From NCBI GenBank assembly GCA_964036045.1, contig OZ038378.1, positions 9,114,001-9,178,000 on the forward strand: a stretch of 64,000 bases of DNA, read 5' to 3'. A program made the translations under genes and the position numbers. This document shows, in pieces, positions 26,784 through 39,400 of the stretch. Origin of the DNA: Eutreptiella sp. 'Long Island Sound 2002'. Taxonomy: Eukaryota > Protista > Euglenida. A model generated the notes under the pieces. It was not told where the DNA came from. It did not search any database and saw only the letters and a program-made list of their open reading frames with translations. Every line of letters starts with the position of its first letter. The stretch's first letter is position 1.

Positions 26784-27597
26784 GGGGGAACGTTAGCGCG
26801 CCGGGCGCGCGCCGGGCATCTTTTTGGACCCGTGCCCCTCCACTGGCCTTTTAGGGGGTGCACTAAGGGGGCGCACTTAGCGCAGTGCAGCTGTTTGGGC
26901 GTCTGGCTGTACTAAAGGCCCGCACTTTGAGATACTAGGAGCATCATGGTGACCCCTAGCGTAGGTTTTGACTTCTGATTTTGTCCCCATTGTTGGGGAC
27001 CCCCGAGGGTGACGTAGCATTTCCGCCCTCTTTTGGGCCCCAACCTTCCGGTGCTATTGAGGAAACCGGGACAATGTTTGAATCCACGCTTTGTTGCGTG
27101 GCCCCTCGAGTTGGGGTTAAGGACTCACAATCCACGCTTTGTCGCGTGGCCCCTCGAGTTGGGGTTAGGGACTCACAATCCATGCTTTGTTGCGTGGCCC
27201 CTCGAGTTGGGGTTAGGGACTCACAATCCACGCTTTGTTGCGTGGCCCCTCGAGTTGGGGTTAGGCAGCTAGGGTTAGGCAGAAGTGTGTGTGTTGTGTT
27301 GCCAACGGCACTCCACCGTCGCAGTTTGTGATGAGTGTAAGGAGCACTATTGTAATGAATGTATTGACACCCACACTTGTGGGACCAATGTTGTTTGTTA
27401 AGTACACTACAAATGACAGTTGGAGTGGTTGAATTCACAGATATTGCTTTATTATGCAACGTGCTTTGTAGGGAAGGTATGCAGTGCAATGTGGTCTACT
27501 TGGGGGGCTTCTCCATGAGAGGGTAAATCTGGGGCCGACGTCGGGATAGTTAATAGAAAAGTAGCGCGCCGGGCGCGCACCGGGCAAACATTCCCCC
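26784..27597 (+). mobile_element. PIF/Harbinger-like MITE derivative
   Basis: TAA|GGGGGAACGTT ... AACATTCCCCC|TAA (TSD 26781-26783 and 27598-27600). Retains PNLPVLLRKPGQ and the zinc-finger tail (27282-27400) of the transposase. Confidence 0.85.
27081..27262. repeat. 48-bp minisatellite containing GGGGTTAGGG (about 4 units)
   Basis: Unit AATCCACGCTTTGTTGCGTGGCCCCTCGAGTTGGGGTTAGGGACTCAC starts at 27081, 27129, 27177 and 27225. Confidence 0.95.
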
Positions 27598-29664
27598 TAA
27601 GTCTCTATTTTCCAACCCCTTCCAACACCATTTGAAATGGCTGGTGCACGGCTGAGGCCAATGGAGGGTCCAACTGTTGTGTGTCTGTTACCTGATGGGA
27701 AACTGGGGTTGTCTCGTGGTGCAAAATTCTAAAAGGTATATGTGGTATGTGCATAGTGCATGCACTATGCCGGTACCTCCCCTTGACCCATTGCTCCGAC
27801 ATCTTATTTTGTTGAGTTAAAAGCAAACTTGTCTATTGGATGCAATTTCACGTGTCAAGTCCAAATATTCTTGTCCCATATCTGAACTCCTCAACATGCA
27901 AAGATTCTTAAATGCTTTGTCTCCTAGGTCAATTTTGTTTTGATTTTGTGTAACATCACCCATCATCAGCAACGCCCACCATGTCCAAGGGGTTGTGGTA
28001 CACCTCGCGAGCATCATCAATTATGCGTTTGGTTCTGCAGTGCGTATAGAACTCATGGGGATGACCAGTAGCCAGCCTCCTCGAACCAAGTATTGCATGT
28101 AGAGGGTAAGCACTAGCGTAACCAGCATATTTTTAGGCCTAAACGCCCTCAAACGGTGATGTCCCAAGTGCTATCCAAGACTATCCCACCTTGGGGACCC
28201 TAGCCTGGCAGCATCCCAATGTGGTAGGTATGTTATTCTTCCCCACGTGGTAACCACACCGCGGCAGGGGTTGTGTAGGTCTTTCGGTGCTCTCTGCGTT
28301 GGGGACCTCAATATAGCAAGGGTTGTGGAGCCTCTTTGCGTACATCTGGTGTGGCATTGTGAATGAGTTCCAATCATTCACCCATCCATTAGTCAGTACG
28401 CATTGATGGATCTGAAGAACAACATGATATTATTAAGGCAGGGACATTGACCAACTTAGCATGTGGGTTGTCTAGTGCTTTACATATTTGTCCCATCAAC
28501 ATTTTGGTTTCTCCCGAGCACACTCAATGACACTATGAGAGTGTGTGGACCCTAAAAACAAGTTGATGAGTGCCATCGGCCAATGCACATTCTATTGTGA
28601 TGTGCACAATTTTGCATTGGGAGGCAGGCCCGTGCCCTGCCGCCCCTCTTCATGACGCTATCATCGTTGAATGAGCTGTCGCATGAAGAGTCATGAAGCT
28701 AGAACGGGAACATGCATCAATTTTGGTAAGAAAAACGGGAGTCGTTCCTCAGATCTCAAAATGAAGTTGACACACCCAAACCTTATAACACAGGTGCAGG
28801 TGCAAATATGCCACTAGCGTCCGGTAACAATTTGTCACATACTACGAACGGCTGAATAGGACCAAGCTCTGCTTGAGCATGTGTGACGTGCCGGACACTC
28901 ACGTGTAGTGATGCATTTGATTGTGGACAAATCAAAAACGCAATTGCCAACCCACCACTCCTCATAAACAAGCAGATTGCGCATGCTGTTCACCGTGGAG
29001 TTCCATAATCTGGCTCATGGTCTGATGTGTGGTATACCCCTTACGACTTCCAACTTGGGTGTCACCTGGGGCTTTATTGATGGGGCGTTGTATTGCATCT
29101 AGTATGAGCCGGGCGAGGACCATGTACACGCAATTGGACACATTGATGTGCCTGTGATTCATGGCAGAAGTCATGGAGCCCGTCTTGCACAACAAGGACA
29201 ATCTAGTTGGACACCGGGGCGGGGGGGTGAGGGACAACTTGTGCACCCCCTTGAGGACCAAAGTAATGTCAACAACATACACAAAAAAAGTAGCCTCATG
29301 ACATTCTTTGGTGAGTGTGGCATGGAATGTCTCAAAAACTAATACAAACAGTGCTTTTTTTGGGGGGGGGACCTAATTGATTAGGTACCGAATTTGGCAC
29401 CTCGCTCGAATCTCATGCTGAATGATTCATGCTATCAATTCAATGAATTCAGCTCAATGATGACTGGGTGCAAGGGTTGGTGCTTTCACCAGGGACCTTG
29501 GTCGGATGCGAGGATCCGCCTAGGGCAGTTAGCCCTCAAGCACTCGCCCTCACCCAGCCCTCTCGACTGCTCTTCCTCTCCAGTGTCGTCCCCGGCCTTC
29601 CGCTGGATGGACGTCCGGGGGAATCGATGTTTCAGGCTAAAGGTTTGGGGAAATCTGGCGCTAT

Positions 29665-29725
29665 TGTGATGTATATAATTTGTAAAGCAGGCTGTGATGT
29701 ATATAATTTGTAAAGCAGGCTGTGA
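29665..29725. repeat. 28-bp perfect tandem duplication near the 5' boundary of the LINE
   Basis: TGTGATGTATATAATTTGTAAAGCAGGC x2. Confidence 0.9.
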
Positions 29726-30127
29726 GGGAAGGGTGTCCCTCAACTACAAGATTTCTATTGCCCACCATGACCAATTCGTTGCTTGCACCTGGCCGGGAGT
29801 TGCTATACAAGTGGTACCACATTGGTGATTGTCCGTCCCAAAGGTGCCAAAAGTTGTTTCAGTGTTACGAAAGGGAAGAGCAAGATAGGATGGAATTGCA
29901 CCGGTTAGGTGAACTCAAAGGGCTACTTGCAAGGGCAGACATCGGTGAGGAATCACACAAACAACACCGTAAACAGGTTGACAGACTTATGCTCAACCTA
30001 AAGAAAGCCAAACAGGTGGCCAGGATAAGAAATAAATACGGTTCCTTTGTTACCGATCCAGTAGGGGTAGCCAAAGCCTTGAGTGACCACTGGAGTGGCA
30101 TCTCCAAGGAGGGGGGTGGCACCTCAA

Positions 30128-30399
30128 CCCTAAGCCTATACCTTTTTCTAAGGGGGGGGAATGATTTTTGAGTCATTTTGACCCCCCGGAGGGTTTTTTC
30201 CATCCAAGGGATAATATTTGCGTCCCATGCACATTTGTACACATGGTTGCTTTTAGGTTGAAGAGGGCACACTTCGTGCCGAAACGCGTACTGCTGGGCA
30301 CTCAGTAGTCATTCTTTTTGTTTCCAACGCTTTGGTTTGAGACCGTGTGGTTTTGCCTTTGCCGTTGAGGGTATTCATTGGACTTCTTGCATCTTTACA
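30128..30399 (+). mobile_element. 272-bp insertion in the LINE, no TSD; probable Penelope-like pseudo-LTR or retrozyme-like unit
   Basis: Removing it rejoins ACC TCA A|TT GAG CAG TGT (..GGGTS-IEQCAEYMQSLP..) in frame. It starts with (A)CCCTAA and contains a hammerhead core. Confidence 0.65.
30250..30296 (+). ncRNA. Minimal type-I hammerhead ribozyme-like motif (Penelope type)
   Basis: TTGAAGA (30258-30264, U at the usual C3), helix II GG(G)CAC-ACTTC-GTGCC, GAAA (30281-30284), palindromic ACGCGT (30284-30289), then A as H17. Helix I pairing is weak. Confidence 0.55.
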
Positions 30400-33300
30400 T
30401 TGAGCAGTGTGCGGAGTACATGCAATCCCTCCCAATCCCAACATCGCTGAACAGACTGGCCCCAGCACTTTTCAAATCATTGCCTTTGACTTGGTGCAAG
30501 AGGCTCTCCAGAGGCAAGTCCCAGGAGCCTCTCCAGGCATCGATGGATTTGCCTTGAACATATACCAAGAATTTCATGAATTCTTTTTTGTCCGTATGCT
30601 GGAAATCCTGCGACAAGCACAGGAAGATGGACGTTTCCCAGAAGCCTGGAACAAAGGCCTGATCAGGTGCATCCCAAAAATAGCAGGGGCATCCACTGTC
30701 GAGAAATTGCGCCCTATTGCACTCCAGCAATTGAAAAAGAAGTGGTTCGTGACGGCCCTTCTCATTCAGGTTGAAGACATCCTGCGCCAGATCACCCCCC
30801 CCCCCCAACAAGTGGGGTGCATTAAACACCGACAAATGCAACACCACATTTGGGGGGTCAGAGGAGAATGGGACACGGCGGAGTCCATGATGTTCCTCAC
30901 CATTGACTACCGCAACGCCTTCCCCACGCTCTCACATAACTTCATCACAGCGGCCCTCACCTTTTTCTCCTTCCCACCCACATTTGTGAACCTTGTCATC
31001 TCCTCACTACGATCACAATACGACTTCCTGGTGGGCAGTGAGCCATCAGGGAGGTGATTTTCTACCAGGAAGCAGGCATTGGTCAGGGCGCCCCCTTTCC
31101 CCCCCAACTCTTCTCTTTTTGCGCAGCAATTATCATTTACCCACTACGCCACCTGCGTGTTAAGATGGGCATGTATCTTTATGTAGATGACTTCCTCATC
31201 ACGTTTGGTTGGGAGACCACCAAGCAGCAACTAAAACAGTGTTCCACGAGCTTCAGCATTTTTCGGCAGTTAGCGGCCTACAACAAAACATAGGCAAGTC
31301 AACGTATGTCACGAAGGGTACCCTACAACCGGAGGCACTGCATTTTATGCAAGATTCGGGCCTACAGCATGAAACAAAGGTCCGGTACCTTGGGGTACAG
31401 ATGGGGCACGTGTCAGTGAAAGAAGCCTTTGTAGGTCCCCTGCGAGAAGCTTACCGCAGAGCGCGCATACGGCTACCATTGCACTGTCCATACCGTAGAA
31501 AATCACACTTCTAAAGATGTGGATTCTCCCAACGCTATTGCTGACTGCTAGGGCTTATGTTGCCGATCGGTCTGTAGTCTCAGCCCTCAACACTGTATAC
31601 AACATCCTCTTCTGTTTTGACAATTGGGGAATCACAACCCACCAGCTTTCCCAGCACAGGGACCAAGGAGGGTACTCGGTACCCTTGCCACAAATATGGC
31701 TCGCTGCCCAAGGAGGAACAGCTGCAGTGGCAGTGCTGACCTCCCCCGCAATTATGCCAATGTACGTAATGCAGGCATTTGTTAAATTCTGCACACGCTA
31801 CGGAATTCCCACCAGCCACAAGGTACTTGCGGTGACGGAGTTGGGGCCAGTCCCCATGAAAGGAGCAGGCTACCTCGCACACAGTTACAATGCATACTCC
31901 CTTGCGCGCAAAGGCATCAAAGTCAAGCTCTCGCTTCCATTAAAGGATCTACCACTGTGGCACTCCACAGTCTTTTGTAACAAGCATCACAATACATACT
32001 TTGCCCCCCACCTCATCAGGCAGGGAGTACTGACGGTGGCGCAACTATTTGACAGTAATCTAGTCATGCACTCACACATGCACCAATACATCTCACGCTC
32101 ATGGCTACCCATCTACCAGCAGGCACTACACCAATGTGAGGCACTCCCTATAAACGACTGGTCCCCGCCAGCCGTATGATGGTATGGAGATGGAAGCAAA
32201 TTGACCCAAGAGGTAGGAGGGCGAACGACACAATACGTGGGGCCACCACCTGTGGTCCCCTACAAGTCATCACGCCAGTCATTGGAGCCCAAACTTCCTA
32301 TTGTGGAGAACTCTAGAGTTTTGCGGTCAATATTGCAGTGGCTAGGGAGGACTAGGAGTTGACTTACGACACCGTTGTGGACCATGCTTTGCAGCCTCCC
32401 CACAGGGGGTGTTCCGATGGAGGCTTACCATCTGTATATGATGCCCCACATGGTCTACCAACTTAGAAGGGAGTTCACAATGCCTCCTAGGGATGAGCTA
32501 GAAACCTAGCGTAGTCAATCAGTTAGCGCATGGTACCGTAAGATCAAACTGAGAGTGTGTTTCCCGGACCCCATTCCACAAGTGTTACGGCAGCTCATCC
32601 TTTATCTACCGGGTAAACAAACACACTAAGGTCAAGAAATCTGTCACAGTAGCACACCCTAGTGACAAGGAGTGCCACAGGATCCTACACAGTAAAGATT
32701 CATACTATACAAAGCTCAAAGCGCTCAAATATCTTGATTCCACCCAAGACTCCAAAGGGCACCAGAAAGTGATGGAGAAGCTGTCTGCCCCCATAATCAC
32801 CCCATAATGATAATCAGGTACGCCATGATGTCCTCAAGGCAAGGCACTTTGACGGTATGTGGTATAGGAGGGTGGGTAAGTGGCTCCAGTGCATGGAATG
32901 AATGCACTAGGACTGGTTGCATGAGGTTGACTTATCATATCACATGCTGGGTTTAAGACACGCACATCCTGAAAGTGTACAGCGGCGCGAGGTGGAAAAT
33001 TATATGGACACCTCCTCTCTGCCTAAGGCTAACTGTTGATGTGCCACTAGGAAAGTAACGGGATGCGTCAGATCATCACCGGACTCATAGGTGAACATGC
33101 CCTAGGCAAAAAGGACGTACCACAGGTGAGATGATGGGGCCCACACAGGGGCGTGGCGATCAGAAGTCGCACTGCAGGTATACTCAAGGTAGGAATGTAA
33201 GTGATTCCTACAGCCCATGTCCTTGACAAGGGAAGAAGCTATGGTATATTATTCTGAGAGTGTACTTAGATTCCGAGACTGTTGCAGAACTGTTGAAGCT

Positions 33301-33459
33301 TTGTGAAAAAAAATTCCATGCTGAATTAGACGCACCATCATCTGCTGTGTCAGATGCTTTTCAGTATCTCAGGTCAGGGGAGCCAAAGCCAGTGCAAAAA
33401 AAAATAAGCACCGCATTTCACTCTCAACTTCAGCCAGCACATTGCTTTATACCAGGGTC

Positions 33460-36400
33460 ATGATGCCTGCTTGGGCCCATGTCTCCCTCCTTGCCATTGT
33501 GCTGCTGCTGGAGGGCCTGTTGCCAGCCTCAGCAGCTTCATCCTCTTCTGACTTCCCCAACGAGGCCACCCTTGCAGTGAGGCTGCTGAACTTTAGTGTC
33601 CCAGCCCCTGACCCAATGCACGACTTCTTCAAGTGGTTAGCCACAAATTCTTCAACAGACTTCTGCAAAGTGATGCGGAATTCGTACTTGCGGCTCTGTA
33701 AGCACGACGAGGGGTTTGTGGAGCAATTCTGTGCCGATTTTCTGGAGGTTTGTGCTTGGGTCAGGATATTCTTCTGCAGTGCAGCTGGCGTTGTGGACAA
33801 TGAGTACATTTGCCACGCCCAACATAAGTCTATGTCCAAAGAGCACCTGGGGCAATGTTTTGGAACCCAATACTTGTTCAGGGTTATAATTGTATGTATA
33901 GGGGCATGCAGTCATCTGTCGCAGTGTTCACTGGAAGGGTTGCTAGCAAAGGGAGCTCCCCACCATCCCGTTTTGCTCCCCCATCCCTTGATGGGGCCTC
34001 CTCCAGCAGGGGCCTCTTCTTCATGCTTTGCTGAAAGACAACCCTGACCTGCCCCATCTATTGTTGCTGTGCTGCAGGCATACACAACACGCTGTAAGGA
34101 GAGAAAAGAATTGTTCTCCAGCATTGGGTTGGTGTCTGTGCTCTGCGTCCTGATGACATGTTTTTTGGTGGGCAATGGCCTGGGCCTGTCTAAGTTCACG
34201 CTGCTGCCCCCATCTGGGGCCAGTATACTTATAGGTATGTGCTCTGCAACACCCTCGTCATGTGACCGTTTTGCTGCCACCTGCAAACTCCGCATTAGGT
34301 AAGAGCTGTCCCAATATTATACCCTATTTGTAAGATTTGCCTTAGAGGGAGCATTAGTGTGCAGGGCAACTTTTTGGGCTTTTTCTGATTCCTACCCCTT
34401 TTTGGGGGGGTGGATTCTGGGGGAGTGTCAGCGCGCCAGGCGCCGGGCATCTTAGTTTTGCTTCTTCAAGTTGTGAACAAATTTGATGGAACAAAGTTGT
34501 GAAGGTGATTCAGATATGCTTTGCCTATTCAATGTTGTGCAGGGATGGTTTGTCGCTTCATCTGGTAGGCAGGAGGCATTTGTTGGTCTACTTGGGGACT
34601 TGATTGGGTAATGGTGAACTTGGTGACTGAATCTGGGAAAGTCATAATAAGAGTAGCGCGCAGGGCACGCGCAGCAATCCCTGGCCCAGAACAACGCAGC
34701 ACTTGGTGGATTTGAAGTGACTCAGTGGGGCTCAGCCACACTCAATTGGACGAATGCTGACATGCCATGTGGGGCTCAGGTTGTCCCATGGGTGTTGGCC
34801 AATGAGTCAGTGAGAGTGTTGTGCTGGGAGGGGGCGTTCTGCAATTGTGCTGCAACGTTGTGTGCATTCCTTCCATTTTTTTGTCCCTGAACAGTGAGGA
34901 TGTAATACTTCCAAGTATTTAAAGTTGGTGTGCAGGGGTGCAAAAAAGGGTCTTTGTTCACACCTTACTTTCTTTCTCTATGCTGTGTCGTCTTTGTGGA
35001 TGGTGAGGGGCTTGAGAGGACTCCGGGTGTTCCAAACTTCGGAGCTCAGGATAGGGTTGTATGCTACTCCATCCACCCCCTGGGCTTTGTAAGGGTGATC
35101 ACCAATGGTTTGGAGACTATGTCTCAGAATCATGCCGCAGACCCCGCACCTTGGACCGAGTGACAGAATCTACTTGGGCGCAGTGCATGTTTTCGGTTGA
35201 TGCCCAAGGGTCAACGGCGTAGCCGGCTGTTGGGGCATCCTCGTAGATGGGCCCTGAGGGGGAGGGTCCACAGGGGAGTGGGGCCACATGTATAGCTCAA
35301 AATGATCATAGCATTGCGCTGATCATCTTGAGGTGTATGGGGGTGAGTTTGCACAGAGCGCGCACAGCATGCATTTTTCAAGGAAAAAGTCAGAAGAAGT
35401 CAAGAAAATACAAATCTTTTGTGATGATTCTTGTGTATCCATGAACTAGTGCACCTCCATACATGGTCAAACCCCCTCTACTGGACCTAGCGAACTTGCT
35501 AAACCAAACTGGGAACACTACGTGGTACCTTTGTCCCCCAATGCTGTATGGGGAAGGGAGGCTAGAAGGTGCAAACCCCGAGAGCACGGCCGCTCCTGGT
35601 TGCCCAAAGCAAACGTGCTCTGCACTTGTGCAACGGCAGATGGGTGCATGTTGGTAGTGCCTCCTGCCCCTGTGCCCGTTTCACTGTCCCTCCAAGTCAT
35701 GATTCTTGTGCTGCCCCCAACTCCGCAGTGCCTCATCCCGTCCTTCTTTCCCCATCCCTGTTCCTCTGTGGACAGGCATGCTCGCTGGTGCTGCCCTCAA
35801 AGCCTCAGTGCCCGCCACTGATCTGAAAGACTTCCAGTTCGATGAGTCCATCTTCTTCCTTGTTTTCCTGCCGTACATCATATTTGAGGCGGGGTTGACC
35901 ATAGATAAACGCCTCTTGTCCGATCAGCTCGGGCCCATTGCTCTGTTCTCCATCGCAGGCACTTTCCTGTCGATCTTCTGCATTGGGTACCTGCTGTTCT
36001 TTGGTGGCGAATTCCTTGGGTCTCTGCCGTCCTCCCACAACTGCCTGTGTACACTGCTCTACCATTTGGAGCATTGCACTGTGCTTAAGCTTCATCAGCG
36101 TTTGGCATCTTTTCAATCATCCACATTTGGAAAGTGACTTCCTTTCCATTATCCCCCTTAATCTCCATTGCATTAACATGGAAATAACATGACGTAGAAG
36201 CACACCCCCTTGAGCACCCCCAAGGCGAAGGGGGGGGGGGGGGCGTGGAATTTCTACTTTCAGGGGATAAGTCTGCCCCAAGGCAGTCAGGTCTTTGACT
36301 TGTGTAGGAGGTGAGGTGAGGTGATGTGCGGTGCGGTAAGGTGAGGTGTGGTGGGGTGCGGTAAGGTGAGAATCTCCCGGGTCCTATGGTAAGCAATTGT

Positions 36401-39400
36401 TACAATGTGTAACATTTTTGGTTCCTGTGATGCATTTTCTGTGGCCCTGTGCAGGTTATTATATTTATGTACATTCATCTTTTTTTTTTTGGGTTGCGGT
36501 GCGCTTTTTCCGCCTCTTTTTGCTTCATCAATTCTGTGTGAATTGTCGACTGTGTGCGCTAAATTTCTTGTTTTGATATTCTACGCCCGACTGGTCATTT
36601 TAGTGGTTTTTACAGCAATGTTTCTTTGCCCATTGGTGAATTTGAGAACCCCATGACACACGCTTTTGATGCTTCTTCTTCCCTGCCGAAGGCACACAGA
36701 AGAAGCAGAAGTGTGGGTTGTGCAAAGTTGGGGCTGCTGTCCATCACTGTACTGTACTGATTGCTTCTTGTATGGCGCAGATTCTAAATAAGCGCGCTTG
36801 GGTTTGCAGAACCGACCAATCATGTGGTGTTTAGCATGTGGCAAACCTACGGAATATCAAACAAAGAGCTCCGTCGAGAACCATACATATCCAGGAAAGC
36901 CTTGTTCAAAAGACAACAAGAAAAGCAAAGGAGGCCACGAGGCCACAAAGCAGGACATGGAGCACCCATGGGAATTTGGGACAATCATGTCCCTTCTGAG
37001 GCGCCATCTTTTTGCGTTTACAGATTTTCGAAACAAGGCTTGAAATGCGCATGTTGCAATTGGGTGGTTACAATCTATCACCTGCTTTCATATTGTTTTA
37101 TTTCCTGTTTTGATCGCCCCCCAATTTAAGCTGCTCATGCAACTGTACATTCTGTGTGCGCAAATATGCATGCAGAATTTTGCCTGCACATCGTGTTCTA
37201 GTACCATGTTTGTGAGAATTGTGCTTGGTGTGGGGAACAGGCAGGTTTTCTATGTGTAGTGTCTTTTTGTGTTGCGCGTTGCGCGCAAGCAACGGCTTGT
37301 CTAAGCACGAAGACCCCGTGTGACTGTTGTTTTTCTGACCTTGGCTGTGCTTGGACAGGGGGGGGGGGAGGAAGTACAGGACTGTCGCTGAGTGTGCGAA
37401 TGCCTGGCCAGCACACCAATCAGCTTTTGAGGTGAGATAGCTCCTCAGGTGTTGCATGAACCTACATGCGAATGCTGGGCAGGACAACAGCACTATGGGA
37501 CTGAGCAGCGCAGAAGTGGGGCCGTCACCTTTGTCCATCTCCTCCTCCTCCTCCTCCTCCTCCTCCTGTGCATTCATAATGTGCATGTGGTCATACATCC
37601 ATGCTGTGCATGAGATTGTGAGTTCATCATTGCATGTGATTCTACATTCATACTGTGCAACAGGATTTCTTCCTTTTGCTTCAGGTACACACTCCCCCTC
37701 ACGGAGTGTCTTCTCTTCGGCTCTCTCATCTCCTCCATTGACCCTATTGCCACATTGTCGGTGTTCTCCTCCGTCGGTGTGGACCGCACACTGTACATTT
37801 TGGTGTTCGGGGAGTCTATCCTCAACGACGGCGTGTCAGTGGTCATGTACGATGCCTTCACCCGCCTTATTGACAAGCCTTACGATGGCTTTGAAAGCCT
37901 TGTGGACAGTGTGGTCTCATCTCATGCCCTTCGCCCGAGAACCTCATGTTACAGGACTGGGACGGGAGAAGGGCGTTGTATCTCAGCTTCTTACCAGAGT
38001 GGAGCCCAGCACATGCCATTGCCAACACCACTACCACGATACACTCTACTGCACTCACCACTGCACCAAGAAACACCACTGCCCAGCCCTGTCCCAACAC
38101 TCGACACCTCTGCCCACAACACTTCCCAACACACTCTGGTGCCCTTAACACGACCCCAACACAAACCACTGCCGACACATCTGCCTACATCCCCTCATTA
38201 CTCCTACACACACCATCTCCCACAAACCATCACAAGTGAAGTGCACCATGCACACACCGACCTGTTGACTTGGGCATGGTTTCTTTATGCATTTTCCTCT
38301 GTTACCTTTTTCCTATGCATAGCGTGGCCTGCAAGATCTGCCGTCCATCCCCCCACTTCTGCTCAGAACCGTGTGTGACACGCCTTTGTATCCTTAGAAG
38401 CCTGGTTGTTGAACCGCAGGGCCTTGATTGATGCAGGTTTTAGAATCCTGATGCGGCCGGAGTGGGGGTGGTTCATACTTCGACCTTTGCGGCGCGGGGA
38501 ATCAGGAAACAGGCTCCTTTAGTTCAATGAATTCGCCAGCGATTTCGTGAGATTAGCACGGTTGTGAGAAAGCACTGAGCGCATTATGGGGGTATATTGC
38601 TTCGGATACTTTTCGGCCCAACACTTGGGAACCACCTATTTCAGTGCGAATCAAACACAAAAAAAGGTCACCCACCCCCAAAGACACATGATTCTGGCCA
38701 TTTTTGTTCACACAAATGCAGAATATGTTTGCGGCGGTCTTAGGTACTCTGTGGGACCCAGGAGCCGGCCCAAGGAGGGCAGTCACTGGCCCAAGAAAGG
38801 GGATTTTATGACAGGGCAGGGTGCCAAAGCCGCCCCCGTGGCTGAGCCATGACGTCACCAGCATGCACACTTGACTTGGCTTCCGGCATCTCCATCCCAT
38901 TTCTCATGTCAGATCCGGTTTGCAGTCGTCTTCTTTGGGTCATTGGCGGCGGGCATTTTATTCGGCCTGGGCTCTGCATTACTGTTCAAGTACGGGCGGC
39001 TGCAGCACTCCCCCATTTTGGAGACCATTCTGTTCATGATTGTGGCACTGTTCCCGTATTACGCCTGTGAGCACCTGAAGTGGTCCGGCATCGTGGCAAT
39101 TTTGGTAGCTCTTTGCGATCATTCTGTTGAGGGGCAGGGAATTGAGGGCCCAGTGTGGTTGGAGTCATAGCAATCAGAGATATGCAGTGTCTGACTTGAT
39201 CTCAGTTGCCTTGGCATTGCATGCATGCATGCATGCATGCATTGCGTGCATATGGGAAGGGGCAATTCACATATTCCGGGCTTTGGGATTGGGATTGGCT
39301 GTGCAGAATCTGGAATGTACTCGATCGAGGAGTCCACGTGGGTTCAAGGTCCATAGGAGGAGCACCTGACGCGGCGCGCGGCGCAGAGAATTGTCGGTCT

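Larger units (their letters stand above)
29764..33200 (+). mobile_element. 5'-truncated, frameshifted L1/Tx1-like non-LTR retrotransposon (reverse transcriptase ORF2 remnant)
   Basis: RT motifs in order across frameshifted ORFs 29722-32179: ASPGIDG, LIRCIPK, LRPIAL, TIDYRNAFPTL, GIGQGAPFPPQLF, LYVDD, SGLQQNIGKS, VRYLGV, DQGGYSVP. The region beyond 32180 is degenerate and the 3' end is approximate. Confidence 0.88.
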
